Below, one piece after another: positions 10,545-19,136 of a stretch of DNA of 47,836 nt (positions are counted from its first letter, which is position 1; every line of letters begins with the position of its first letter). Location of the stretch: sequence record DRR723986_18833; one strand, given 5' to 3'. Made by a program: the position numbers and the translations under genes. The notes under the pieces were generated by a model. The model did not search any database and was not told the DNA's origin. It worked only from the letters and a program-made list of their open reading frames with translations.

Positions 10545-11515
10545 TCTCTTTGAAGAAAAACTTTAACATAGCCCAGTTTCAGTCACTTATCGCATTATTC
10601 GTCTTATGCTTGGCTTTGGCATTGCTGACAGACAATTTCATGACTACGGACAATTTTTGGAATGTCATGCGCCAAATCTCTGTAAACGTGTGCATCTCGG
10701 TGGGAATGACACTGGTTGTTTTAACTGCCGGAATTGACCTTTCTGTAGGTTCTATCTTGGCATTTTGCGGAGCAGTGACGGCAGGTTTATTGAAAAATGG
10801 ACTCAGCATTCCCTCATTAAATCTGTTTATTGGATTCACAGTTTTAGGTGCAATAGTAGCCGGATTTTTAATCGGCGGAGGCTTAGGATTTGTTAATGGG
10901 TATGCCGTCACCAAATTCAAAGTTCCTCCTTTTGTCGCTACGCTAGCCATGCTCACTATGGCCCGTGGATTCACCATGCTCTGGACAAAAGGCCATCCAA
11001 TCACAGGACTGGGAGATAGTTTCGGTTTCTTAGGGACGGGATGGTTCTTAGGAATACCTATGCCAGTATGGATCTCAGGTCTAGTGGTAATCACAGCAGT
11101 TATTCTTACTAGCAAAACCCGATTTGGAAGATACATCTACGCCATAGGAGGAAATGAAAATGCTTCCCGACTCTCTGGAATTCCGATTAACAAAGTCAAA
11201 ATCTGGGTGTATTCTATTGCTGGATTGCTTGCAGCCGTTGGTGGGGTGCTGGTAACAGCTCGGCTGGATTCCGCCCAGCCAAATGCCGGAATAAGTTATG
11301 AATTGGATGCAATTGCAGCAGTGGTGATTGGTGGTACTTCACTTTCCGGAGGCAGAGGAACAATCTGGGGAACAGTCCTCGGCGCGATCATTATAGGAGT
11401 GCTGAATAATGGTTTGGTTCTCATGAATGTCTCTCCTTTTTGGCAGCAGGTAATCAAAGGGATGGTGATCCTACTAGCTGTCATTATCGACAAGTCGAAT
11501 CAAAAGAGTGAGTAA
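10541..11515 (+). CDS. Sugar ABC transporter permease (RbsC-like)
   Basis: GIDLSVGS, PPFVATL, GRYIYAIGGNENASRLSGI, YELDAIAAVVIGGTSLSGG; ATGA overlap with the ATPase. Confidence 0.95.
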   Translation: MISLKKNFNIAQFQSLIALFVLCLALALLTDNFMTTDNFWNVMRQISVNVCISVGMTLVVLTAGIDLSVGSILAFCGAVTAGLLKNGLSIPSLNLFIGFTVLGAIVAGFLIGGGLGFVNGYAVTKFKVPPFVATLAMLTMARGFTMLWTKGHPITGLGDSFGFLGTGWFLGIPMPVWISGLVVITAVILTSKTRFGRYIYAIGGNENASRLSGIPINKVKIWVYSIAGLLAAVGGVLVTARLDSAQPNAGISYELDAIAAVVIGGTSLSGGRGTIWGTVLGAIIIGVLNNGLVLMNVSPFWQQVIKGMVILLAVIIDKSNQKSE

Positions 11516-11566
11516 TCGTCCAAATAGGCCAGGTTTTGAAACGATTTAACAACAGAAATTAGAAAC

Positions 11567-13060
11567 ATGTCTTTCATATTAGCAATAGATCAAGGAACCA
11601 GCAGTACCAAAACCATCATCTTCGATGAGCAGGGTAATGCTGTGCACAAGGAGACAGAACTTCTCAAAACCCACTACTTAGAAGGAAACCGTGTGGAGCA
11701 AGATCCTGAGGAGATTTACCAAAACATTTTAACCTCAGTGGGTAAATGTCTGGGCGGCTTTGTGTCCAAAAAGGGAGATTTGAGCAAAATTAAAGCCTGT
11801 GGTATTTCCAATCAGCGGGAGACTTTTGTGCTGTGGGACATAACTGGCAAACCACTCTATAATGCCATTGTATGGCAGTGCAAGCGTTCGGTAGCCATCT
11901 GTGAAAGATTGGAAAAAGAAGGTTTGGGACCAAAAATCAACGAGAAAACCGGATTGATCATTGACCCTTATTTCTCGGGAACCAAAGTAATCTGGCTCTA
12001 TGAAAATGAGCCTAAAATCAAAGAAGCAATCGATAAAGGAGAAGCCTATTTTGGAACGATTGACACTTGGTTGCTTTATAAATTAACCAAAGGTCAATCT
12101 TACCTAACAGATTATACAAATGCTTCCAGAACCCAGTTTTTCAATCTAAAAGAGCTTTGCTGGGATCAGGAGTTATTGGCGGATTTCGGTTTATCCAAAC
12201 TGAATTTACCAGAATTAAAAACCTCCTCTTTTCACTTTGGCACTACCAATTTGGAAGGTCTGTTGGATCATCAAATAAGCATTTCGGCGATGATTGGGGA
12301 CTCTCATGCCGCTGCATTTGGGGAAGGATGTTTTGAACCAGGCAGTGCCAAAGCCACGCTGGGAACGGGCAGTTCAATTCTGATGAATATTGGAAAGGAA
12401 CCAAAAACTTCTCAAAATGGAATGGTCACTACGATATGCTGGAGCACAGAAAATCGAGTGGATTATGCGCTGGAGGGAATAATAGTCTCTGCCGGTGCCA
12501 CGATAGAATGGATCAAAAATCAAATGGGTCTCTTTGAAAACGCATCAGAACTGGAGCAAATATGCCTTTCCCTTTCCGACAATGGAGGCGTCTATATCGT
12601 TCCGGCCTTCTCGGGATTGGGAGCACCTCATTGGGACATGAATCGCAAAGCAACCATTGAAGGATTGTCTTTCGAAACATCCAAAAACCATGTAATCCGC
12701 GCAGCTGTGGAATCTGTTCCTTACCAGATCAAAGATGTGATCGTCGCCATGGAAGCCGATTCCGGGACGCCACTAACAGAGCTAAAAATAGATGGAGGGA
12801 TTACTTCAAACAAGTTTGTAGTGCAGTTCCTAGCTGACATACTTCAGCGCAAAGTAACCAACATCGCGATTGCCGATGTATCAGCTTTGGGTGCCGCTTA
12901 TTTGGCAGGCCTAAACTCCAAAGTCTATGAAAGTATAGACCAGCTTAAATCCTTTAATCAAAGTTCTACTAGCACTTTACCTGGAGAAAACTCTGAGAAA
13001 GTAGCTGGCTATTATGAGGGATGGAAAAAAATAATTGGCAAAAAAAACTCCCAAACCTGA
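11567..13060 (+). CDS. FGGY carbohydrate kinase (glycerol-kinase-like); probable apulose kinase
   Basis: IDQGTSSTK, ISNQRET, WQCKR, DPYFSGTK, TNASRT. It has GDSHAA and KATLGTG where GlpK has GDQQAA and KNTYGTG, which argues against glycerol as substrate. Confidence 0.85.
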   Translation: MSFILAIDQGTSSTKTIIFDEQGNAVHKETELLKTHYLEGNRVEQDPEEIYQNILTSVGKCLGGFVSKKGDLSKIKACGISNQRETFVLWDITGKPLYNAIVWQCKRSVAICERLEKEGLGPKINEKTGLIIDPYFSGTKVIWLYENEPKIKEAIDKGEAYFGTIDTWLLYKLTKGQSYLTDYTNASRTQFFNLKELCWDQELLADFGLSKLNLPELKTSSFHFGTTNLEGLLDHQISISAMIGDSHAAAFGEGCFEPGSAKATLGTGSSILMNIGKEPKTSQNGMVTTICWSTENRVDYALEGIIVSAGATIEWIKNQMGLFENASELEQICLSLSDNGGVYIVPAFSGLGAPHWDMNRKATIEGLSFETSKNHVIRAAVESVPYQIKDVIVAMEADSGTPLTELKIDGGITSNKFVVQFLADILQRKVTNIAIADVSALGAAYLAGLNSKVYESIDQLKSFNQSSTSTLPGENSEKVAGYYEGWKKIIGKKNSQT

Positions 13061-13067
13061 AATCCCC

Positions 13068-14495
13068 ATGAAATACCTAGCCAAAATACCTTTTCTACTT
13101 ATTGCCTTACTCCTCCTTGGTTTTTCTGAAGGAATGGCTCAAAAAAAGAAATTTGAGAAAACTCGTGTTTTGGTTACCAGTGATGGAGAAATAGATGATC
13201 AATGTTCTATCGTCCGTTTCCTGTTTTATGTGAATGAATGGGATTTAGAAGGCATAATTACCTCCAGTTCACAATATCATGCGCATGACCACAATTGGCC
13301 TGGAGATAATTGGATTGATCCTTATTTGGATGCCTACGCCAAGGATTATCCAAACCTGGTAAAGCATGATCCTGATTTTCCTAGCCCAGAATTTTTACGC
13401 GAAAGAACGCTCTTAGGCAACGTGAAAACTGAAGGTGAAATGACTGAAATCACTCCCGGTTCAGAGCTTATAGTGAAAGTTTTGTTGGATGAAACAGATG
13501 ATCGTCCTATTTGGATTCAAGCTTGGGGCGGGACAAATACAATAGCCAGAGCTTTGAAAACCATCGAAGAAAGCTATCCTGACAAAATGGAATATGTCGC
13601 CAATAAGATGCGTCTGTATCTGATCTGGGAGCAGGATGTGACTTATCAGGAATACATTTGTCCGAAATGGGGGAAATATAATATTCCGACCATCATCGCG
13701 GATCAGTTTGAGGCGATTGCCTATCGATGGGTTCAGGTGCAGCCTACAGAAATGATTCCTTATTTTGAAGGTCCATGGATGAAAGCCAATATTCTTGAAA
13801 ACCACGGTGCTTTAGCTGCACTTTATCCCGCTATGGAAAACGGTGACTTCCGCTCTGAAGGTGATTCTCCAGCTTTTTTACATACCATTCCTACAGGCTT
13901 GAGAAGTTTGGAATCACCAAACTTTGGAGGTTGGGGAGGGAGATTTGTAAAAGTCCGTGACAATACCTGGTTGGATTCAGTACCAGTCTCTGGCTATGAG
14001 TATCCAGAAGGCAGATGGTACGGAAGTAATGGTTGGGGAAGAGCAAGTTTACGTGAAGGGTTCAACTCTACGGCAGCACAGCGCAGCACTTATTTCAAAC
14101 CTATGTGGCGCTGGTCTGATGCGATGCAGAATGACTTTGCCGCTCGGGCAGACTGGAGCGTAAAGTCCTACGCTGAAGCAAATCATCCTCCAATCGTCTA
14201 CACTAAAAGCAAGCTGAATCAGAGTGCCAAACCTGGTGACACCATCAAACTAAGTGTAGCTGGCAGCAAAGATCCAGACGGAGACAAACTCAGCTACCAA
14301 TGGTATGTTCATACCGAGCCAAGCACTCTTGCAAATGCAGGCGAGCAGGTAAGACTGACAGACGCTGATCAAGCGCAATCTTCTTTTAAAGTACCGCAAG
14401 GAGCTGGAACCATCCATTTAATCTGTGCAGTGACTGATAACGGTAGTCCAGCACTGACGCGATATACCCGTGTAATAGTAACTGTGAAACCTTAA
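13068..14495 (+). CDS. Secreted DUF1593 nucleoside-hydrolase-like protein with C-terminal Ig-like domain
   Basis: Start moved to ATG 13068 (signal peptide); VTSDGEIDD, WIQAWGGTN, SEGDSPAF, GGWGGRF, QNDFAARADW, ANHPP, DPDGD. Confidence 0.88.
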   Translation: MKYLAKIPFLLIALLLLGFSEGMAQKKKFEKTRVLVTSDGEIDDQCSIVRFLFYVNEWDLEGIITSSSQYHAHDHNWPGDNWIDPYLDAYAKDYPNLVKHDPDFPSPEFLRERTLLGNVKTEGEMTEITPGSELIVKVLLDETDDRPIWIQAWGGTNTIARALKTIEESYPDKMEYVANKMRLYLIWEQDVTYQEYICPKWGKYNIPTIIADQFEAIAYRWVQVQPTEMIPYFEGPWMKANILENHGALAALYPAMENGDFRSEGDSPAFLHTIPTGLRSLESPNFGGWGGRFVKVRDNTWLDSVPVSGYEYPEGRWYGSNGWGRASLREGFNSTAAQRSTYFKPMWRWSDAMQNDFAARADWSVKSYAEANHPPIVYTKSKLNQSAKPGDTIKLSVAGSKDPDGDKLSYQWYVHTEPSTLANAGEQVRLTDADQAQSSFKVPQGAGTIHLICAVTDNGSPALTRYTRVIVTVKP

Positions 14496-14536
14496 AACCT
14501 AATGTACCAGCAGCTTAAATGTGAAACATAACAGCC

Positions 14537-15982
14537 ATGAACCTACTTATCCATTTTCCTAAATCCATACTCCTAGCTATTCTAATCAGCAGTTTAGGTT
14601 CTGATCTTATTGCTCAGGAAAAGACAGAAAAACCACGTGTCATCGTAACAAGTGATGGGGAAATAGATGATGAGTGCTCTTTGGTTCGCTTTCTCCTTTA
14701 TGCCAACGAATGGGATATTGAGGGGATCATAACTTCAAGTTCCCAATACCACTGGCATGGACACAAATGGGCTGGAGATGACTGGGCTGTACCCTACTTG
14801 GATGCTTACGCCAAAGTACAACCCAATTTGCTTAAGCATGATAAGGATTATCCTACAGCAGAATTCCTAAAGTCCAGAACCTTTCTAGGCAATGTAGAGA
14901 CAGAAGGCGAAATGGAAAAAATCACAGACGGCTCTCAGCATATTGTAAAAGTATTGTTGGATGAATCTGACGCAAGACCAATCTGGATACAGGCTTGGGG
15001 TGGGACAAATACTATTGCTCGAGCATTGAAAACTATAGAGGAAGATCATCCCGAAAAAATGGATGCCGTAGCTAGTAAAATCCGATTTTATTTCATCTGG
15101 GAACAAGACGATAGTTTTCAGAAATACATTCGCCCTGTCTGGGGTAAATACAATATTCCCACGATTATCTCAGACCAGTTTATTGCCATTTTCTATCATT
15201 GGAAAAAGTATTTGCCAGAAGCTGAGCAGAAATACCTTGCTGCAGATTGGATGAATGAAAATATCCTGGAAGCACACGGCCCACTTTTGTCCATGTACCC
15301 TGCCCATGAAGAAGGTGACAAGGGATTTGACAAGGGAGATTTTAGATCTGAAGGAGATTCTCCAGCTTTTTTACACACCATACCTACAGGCTTGCGCAGC
15401 ATGGAATCTCCAGACTATGGAGGTTGGGGAGGTAGATATGTGAAAGTCCGAGAAAATACTTGGCTAGACCCCGTGTTGGATTCCTCTTATACTTACCCTG
15501 AAGGCAGATGGTATGGAAACTCAGCATGGGGAAGAGAGCGGCTTAAGGAGGAAATCCCCAACGATCAAGAACTCACAGACTATCTGGAACCACTCTGGCG
15601 CTGGACTGCTGCGATGCAAAATGATTTTGCAGCACGTGCAGACTGGACCATCAAGTCCTATGATGAAGCCAATCATGAGCCCATAGTTAAGCTGGCTCAC
15701 AGTGAAGACTTGCTTCTAAAAGCAGGATCAAGTGTAAAACTTAGTGCAGCGGGATCATACGATCCAGACGGAGATAAACTTAACTACAGCTGGTGGCAGT
15801 ATCAAGATCCAGGAACTTACAAAGGAGAGGTGTCAATCAATCAGTCAAATGAGCAAGACGCAAAACTAACAGTACCAAAAGATGCAAAACCTGGGCAAAC
15901 AATACATGTGATCTGTGAAGTCACGGACAATGGAAGCCCTGCTTTAACTAGGTATAGACGAGTGATTATTAAAGTAAAATGA
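14537..15982 (+). CDS. Secreted DUF1593 nucleoside-hydrolase-like protein with C-terminal Ig-like domain (close paralogue of the preceding gene)
   Basis: Same motifs: VTSDGEIDD, WIQAWGGTN, SEGDSPAFLHTIPTGLRS, QNDFAARADW, DPDGDKL. Confidence 0.88.
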   Translation: MNLLIHFPKSILLAILISSLGSDLIAQEKTEKPRVIVTSDGEIDDECSLVRFLLYANEWDIEGIITSSSQYHWHGHKWAGDDWAVPYLDAYAKVQPNLLKHDKDYPTAEFLKSRTFLGNVETEGEMEKITDGSQHIVKVLLDESDARPIWIQAWGGTNTIARALKTIEEDHPEKMDAVASKIRFYFIWEQDDSFQKYIRPVWGKYNIPTIISDQFIAIFYHWKKYLPEAEQKYLAADWMNENILEAHGPLLSMYPAHEEGDKGFDKGDFRSEGDSPAFLHTIPTGLRSMESPDYGGWGGRYVKVRENTWLDPVLDSSYTYPEGRWYGNSAWGRERLKEEIPNDQELTDYLEPLWRWTAAMQNDFAARADWTIKSYDEANHEPIVKLAHSEDLLLKAGSSVKLSAAGSYDPDGDKLNYSWWQYQDPGTYKGEVSINQSNEQDAKLTVPKDAKPGQTIHVICEVTDNGSPALTRYRRVIIKVK

Positions 15983-16071
15983 AGAAAGAAGAGACCCTAG
16001 AGATCCAATTAAAAGCCAATTCGGCTCAGAGATATTTTCCTTTTTAACTAATAACCCAAACCTAAATAACC

Positions 16072-17550
16072 ATGAAAAGACAGTTGATTTTTACGCTAGT
16101 CCTACTTCTATTTTCGGTAAATATTTTTGCCCAAGCACCATGGGATAGCCATGGCAAACTCCAGGTTGCAGGAAACGGTCACTATATAGAACACAAAGAC
16201 GGCACACCATTTCTTTGGATGGCTGATACTGGATGGGGTATGTTTCAGCAATTAACTCGCGAAGAAGTAGATCGATACCTTGATAACCGACAGCAACTCG
16301 GCTTCAATGTCATCCAATCTGTGGCGTTCTGGTATCCTCACGGAGGTGGGTTAAAAAATGGCCCGCACAATGCTGCAAATGCTTATGGTCATCGTCCATT
16401 CACCGGTGGAGAAGACAACCCCAACACTGCGAAACCGCTAGTTGTGTCTGGGGGATCTCCTGACGCACCAAACGATTATTGGGATCATGTAGACTATATC
16501 ATCGAGGGGATCAAAAAAAGAAATATGTATGTAGCCCTCCTCCCAAACTGGGGACGTGCCTATATCACAGATCAATTTAGCGGTGCTCATCAAGAGTTTA
16601 CAGCGCAGGAGGCTAAAGAATACGGTGTTTTTTTAGGAAAAAGATATAAGACAGAACCTCACATACTGTGGGTTCTGGGTGGAGATGCGAAAGGAAAATA
16701 TTTTGCAGTTTCAGATACGATCTCAGAAAAAAATGTGGACAGACGTTCCATTTTCCGGGCAATGGCAGAAGGGATAGCCAATGGGGTCACTGGCAAAACA
16801 GTTCAATGGAACAAAGCTGATCAAGCCTGGAAGGATGTTTTTTTCACTTATCACCCTGATGGAGACCCAAGTGACAACTCATCTACTTGGTTTCATGAAG
16901 ATGCGTGGATCACAGCCAATGGGGTGGAAGTATGGACACAGGTCAATGAAGTATATCCAACTATGGCAAGGGAATACAATCTGGACAATCCTAAGAAGCC
17001 AAGTCTATTCCTGGAGGGTTCCTACGAATTTGGAGCTTACGGTCAAGAGTGCGGATATATTACTCCTCTCCGTTTGCGTCGACAAGTATACCATACATTT
17101 TTTGCTGGAGGAGCTGGCCACACTTATGGAGCAGGCCCTATTTGGGCAATGCGCGGTACTCAAGGGAACTACAATTGTGGTTTTACCTGGGAACAAGCTT
17201 TGAATTTCCCTGGAGCAGTTCAGTTTGCGCAGCTGGCAAAAAACTTACTTATCGAAAATAATTGGTCTGAATGGATTCCTGACCAAAGCATTCTACAAGG
17301 AACTGAAAGTGACAACGAAAGCCTAAAAGCAGCGGTCAGACTCTCTTCCGGCAAGAAAATTCTGGTCTATTTCTCTGACAATTCAGAGGCAACTGTTAAA
17401 AACATCCTAGATAAAGACGCTGAAGCAAATTGGTTTGATCCGATGGAAGGGCGTGAAAGTACGGCTGAATCATTCCAAACTGGTGAATCTCGAATAATCA
17501 CGCCACCAACTGGTTGGGAGGACGCAATCCTCATTCTAACATCAAACTAA
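16072..17550 (+). CDS. GH140-like apiosidase (DUF4038 plus C-terminal 'collagen-binding' domain)
   Basis: Signal peptide; DGTPFLWMADTGW, YLDNRQQLGFNVIQ, YWDHVDYII, WVLGGD, TYHP, E..YE, RRQVY...AGGAGHTYG, WFDP, WEDAILIL. Confidence 0.82.
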   Translation: MKRQLIFTLVLLLFSVNIFAQAPWDSHGKLQVAGNGHYIEHKDGTPFLWMADTGWGMFQQLTREEVDRYLDNRQQLGFNVIQSVAFWYPHGGGLKNGPHNAANAYGHRPFTGGEDNPNTAKPLVVSGGSPDAPNDYWDHVDYIIEGIKKRNMYVALLPNWGRAYITDQFSGAHQEFTAQEAKEYGVFLGKRYKTEPHILWVLGGDAKGKYFAVSDTISEKNVDRRSIFRAMAEGIANGVTGKTVQWNKADQAWKDVFFTYHPDGDPSDNSSTWFHEDAWITANGVEVWTQVNEVYPTMAREYNLDNPKKPSLFLEGSYEFGAYGQECGYITPLRLRRQVYHTFFAGGAGHTYGAGPIWAMRGTQGNYNCGFTWEQALNFPGAVQFAQLAKNLLIENNWSEWIPDQSILQGTESDNESLKAAVRLSSGKKILVYFSDNSEATVKNILDKDAEANWFDPMEGRESTAESFQTGESRIITPPTGWEDAILILTSN

Positions 17551-17580
17551 GCCTCATTAAAGCATCAAACCCACCAAATA

Positions 17581-19011
17581 ATGAAGAAGTATTTTAGATA
17601 TTGGACGATTTTAGTCGGAATTCTACTCCACGGACAGATCGATCTTTTTGCCCAAAGCAGCACAGAAAAAGAACGAATCATCGTCCTGACAGATATAGAA
17701 AATGAACCTGACGATGCGATGTCCTTGGTACGGTTCCTCACCTACTCCAATCAATGGGATGTAGAAGGACTTGTGGCCACCACTTCCATACATCAGCAAA
17801 ATGAGATTGCAACTTGGAGAATACTTGAAATCTTGGATGCTTACAGCAAAGTGCGAGACAACTTAGAAAAGCATGAGCAAGGCTATCCCACCGCTGACTA
17901 CCTAAGAACAATCGTGAAAGAAGGCATCCCAAAATATGGAATGGAAGCTGTTGGGAAAGGAATGGACTCCGATGGGTCTGAACTAATCATCAGGACTGTG
18001 GATAAGGAGGATGACCGACCTGTTTGGGTTCTTGTTTGGGGAGGACCGAATTGTCTTGCCCAAGCACTATGGAAAATCAAAGAAACCAGAAGTTCTGAAG
18101 ACCTCGCAAAATTTGTAGCGAAACTCCGTGTCTACACGATATCCGACCAAGACAATAGCGGCCCTTGGCTGAGAAAGACTTTCCCGAACCTGTTTTATAT
18201 AGCAAGTCCTGGGATCCACGCACTAGGAGCTTATCATTTCGCAACTTGGTCAGGCATAAGCGGAGACAAATTCCACGGCAGGTTTGCCGGGGGAAACTTT
18301 GAGATCGTGGACAATCCTTGGCTGGACGAGCATATCCGCAGCAAAGGTCCCTTGGGAGCCGAATACCCCCACATGGAATTCCTCATGGAGGGAGATTCCC
18401 CGAGTTTTATGCATTTGATTCATACTGGCATGGAAAATCCGGAGCGACCAGATTACGGAAACTGGGGAGGTCGATATGAATTTTACCAACCTAGAACAGA
18501 AAGTTGGTTTTCTGAGCCGGAAACACGTCCACTTTGGACAGATGCCATGGATGAAGTGTACGGTGCAGATGGAAATTGGCATACGACGAATAAAGCAACA
18601 ATCTGGCGCTGGAGAGTGGCCTACCAAAATGATTTCGAAGCTAGAATGGACTGGACAATCAAAGATTACAAGGATGCCAATCATCCACCAGTAGTCAAAT
18701 TGAAAACTCCAGAATTCATTTTAGCCAAAGTTGGAGATAGAATTGAACTCAGTGCCGATGAGAGCAGCGATCCAGATGGGGACGGTTTAAACTACCACTG
18801 GTTTCACTATGGTGAACCTGGAGAGTACACGCTAGCGAGCGGGCGAACTGCTACTCCCTTAAAAATTGAAAATGCAGATACGGCAAATGCATTCTTCATA
18901 GTTCCTAAACCAGGGAAATATGGAGAAATGCACATTATTCTGGCAGTGACAGACCAAGGGTCCCCTGCCCTAACGCGCTATAAAAGGATAATTGTCAAAG
19001 TGAATCCTTAG
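17581..19011 (+). CDS. Secreted DUF1593 nucleoside-hydrolase-like protein with C-terminal Ig-like domain (canonical motif type)
   Basis: [57 protein letters not shown]. Confidence 0.9.
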   Translation: MKKYFRYWTILVGILLHGQIDLFAQSSTEKERIIVLTDIENEPDDAMSLVRFLTYSNQWDVEGLVATTSIHQQNEIATWRILEILDAYSKVRDNLEKHEQGYPTADYLRTIVKEGIPKYGMEAVGKGMDSDGSELIIRTVDKEDDRPVWVLVWGGPNCLAQALWKIKETRSSEDLAKFVAKLRVYTISDQDNSGPWLRKTFPNLFYIASPGIHALGAYHFATWSGISGDKFHGRFAGGNFEIVDNPWLDEHIRSKGPLGAEYPHMEFLMEGDSPSFMHLIHTGMENPERPDYGNWGGRYEFYQPRTESWFSEPETRPLWTDAMDEVYGADGNWHTTNKATIWRWRVAYQNDFEARMDWTIKDYKDANHPPVVKLKTPEFILAKVGDRIELSADESSDPDGDGLNYHWFHYGEPGEYTLASGRTATPLKIENADTANAFFIVPKPGKYGEMHIILAVTDQGSPALTRYKRIIVKVNP

Positions 19012-19136
19012 ATGTCTAACACATCAAAATGCCTAACTATTAAACCTATTGAAATTTAAAAGCAGTGAGAGCTGGACACAGTAAAAAACCACTATCGATC
19101 TGAAGTCAATTAACAATTAACACAAACCTATTTTAC

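Noticed and set aside
7447-13060. Default annotation as rbsBAC (ribose transport) and glpK (glycerol kinase)
   Set aside because: No ribokinase, RbsD, GlpD or GlpF is present; the kinase lacks GlpK GDQQ/KNTYG motifs; DUF2291, split transketolase and GH140 point to apiose. Gene symbols withheld.
13035-13067. Upstream starts given by the ORF track (13035; also 8369, 21494, 29774)
   Set aside because: They overlap the previous gene or precede a better ATG that begins the signal peptide (13068, 8399, 21512, 29792).
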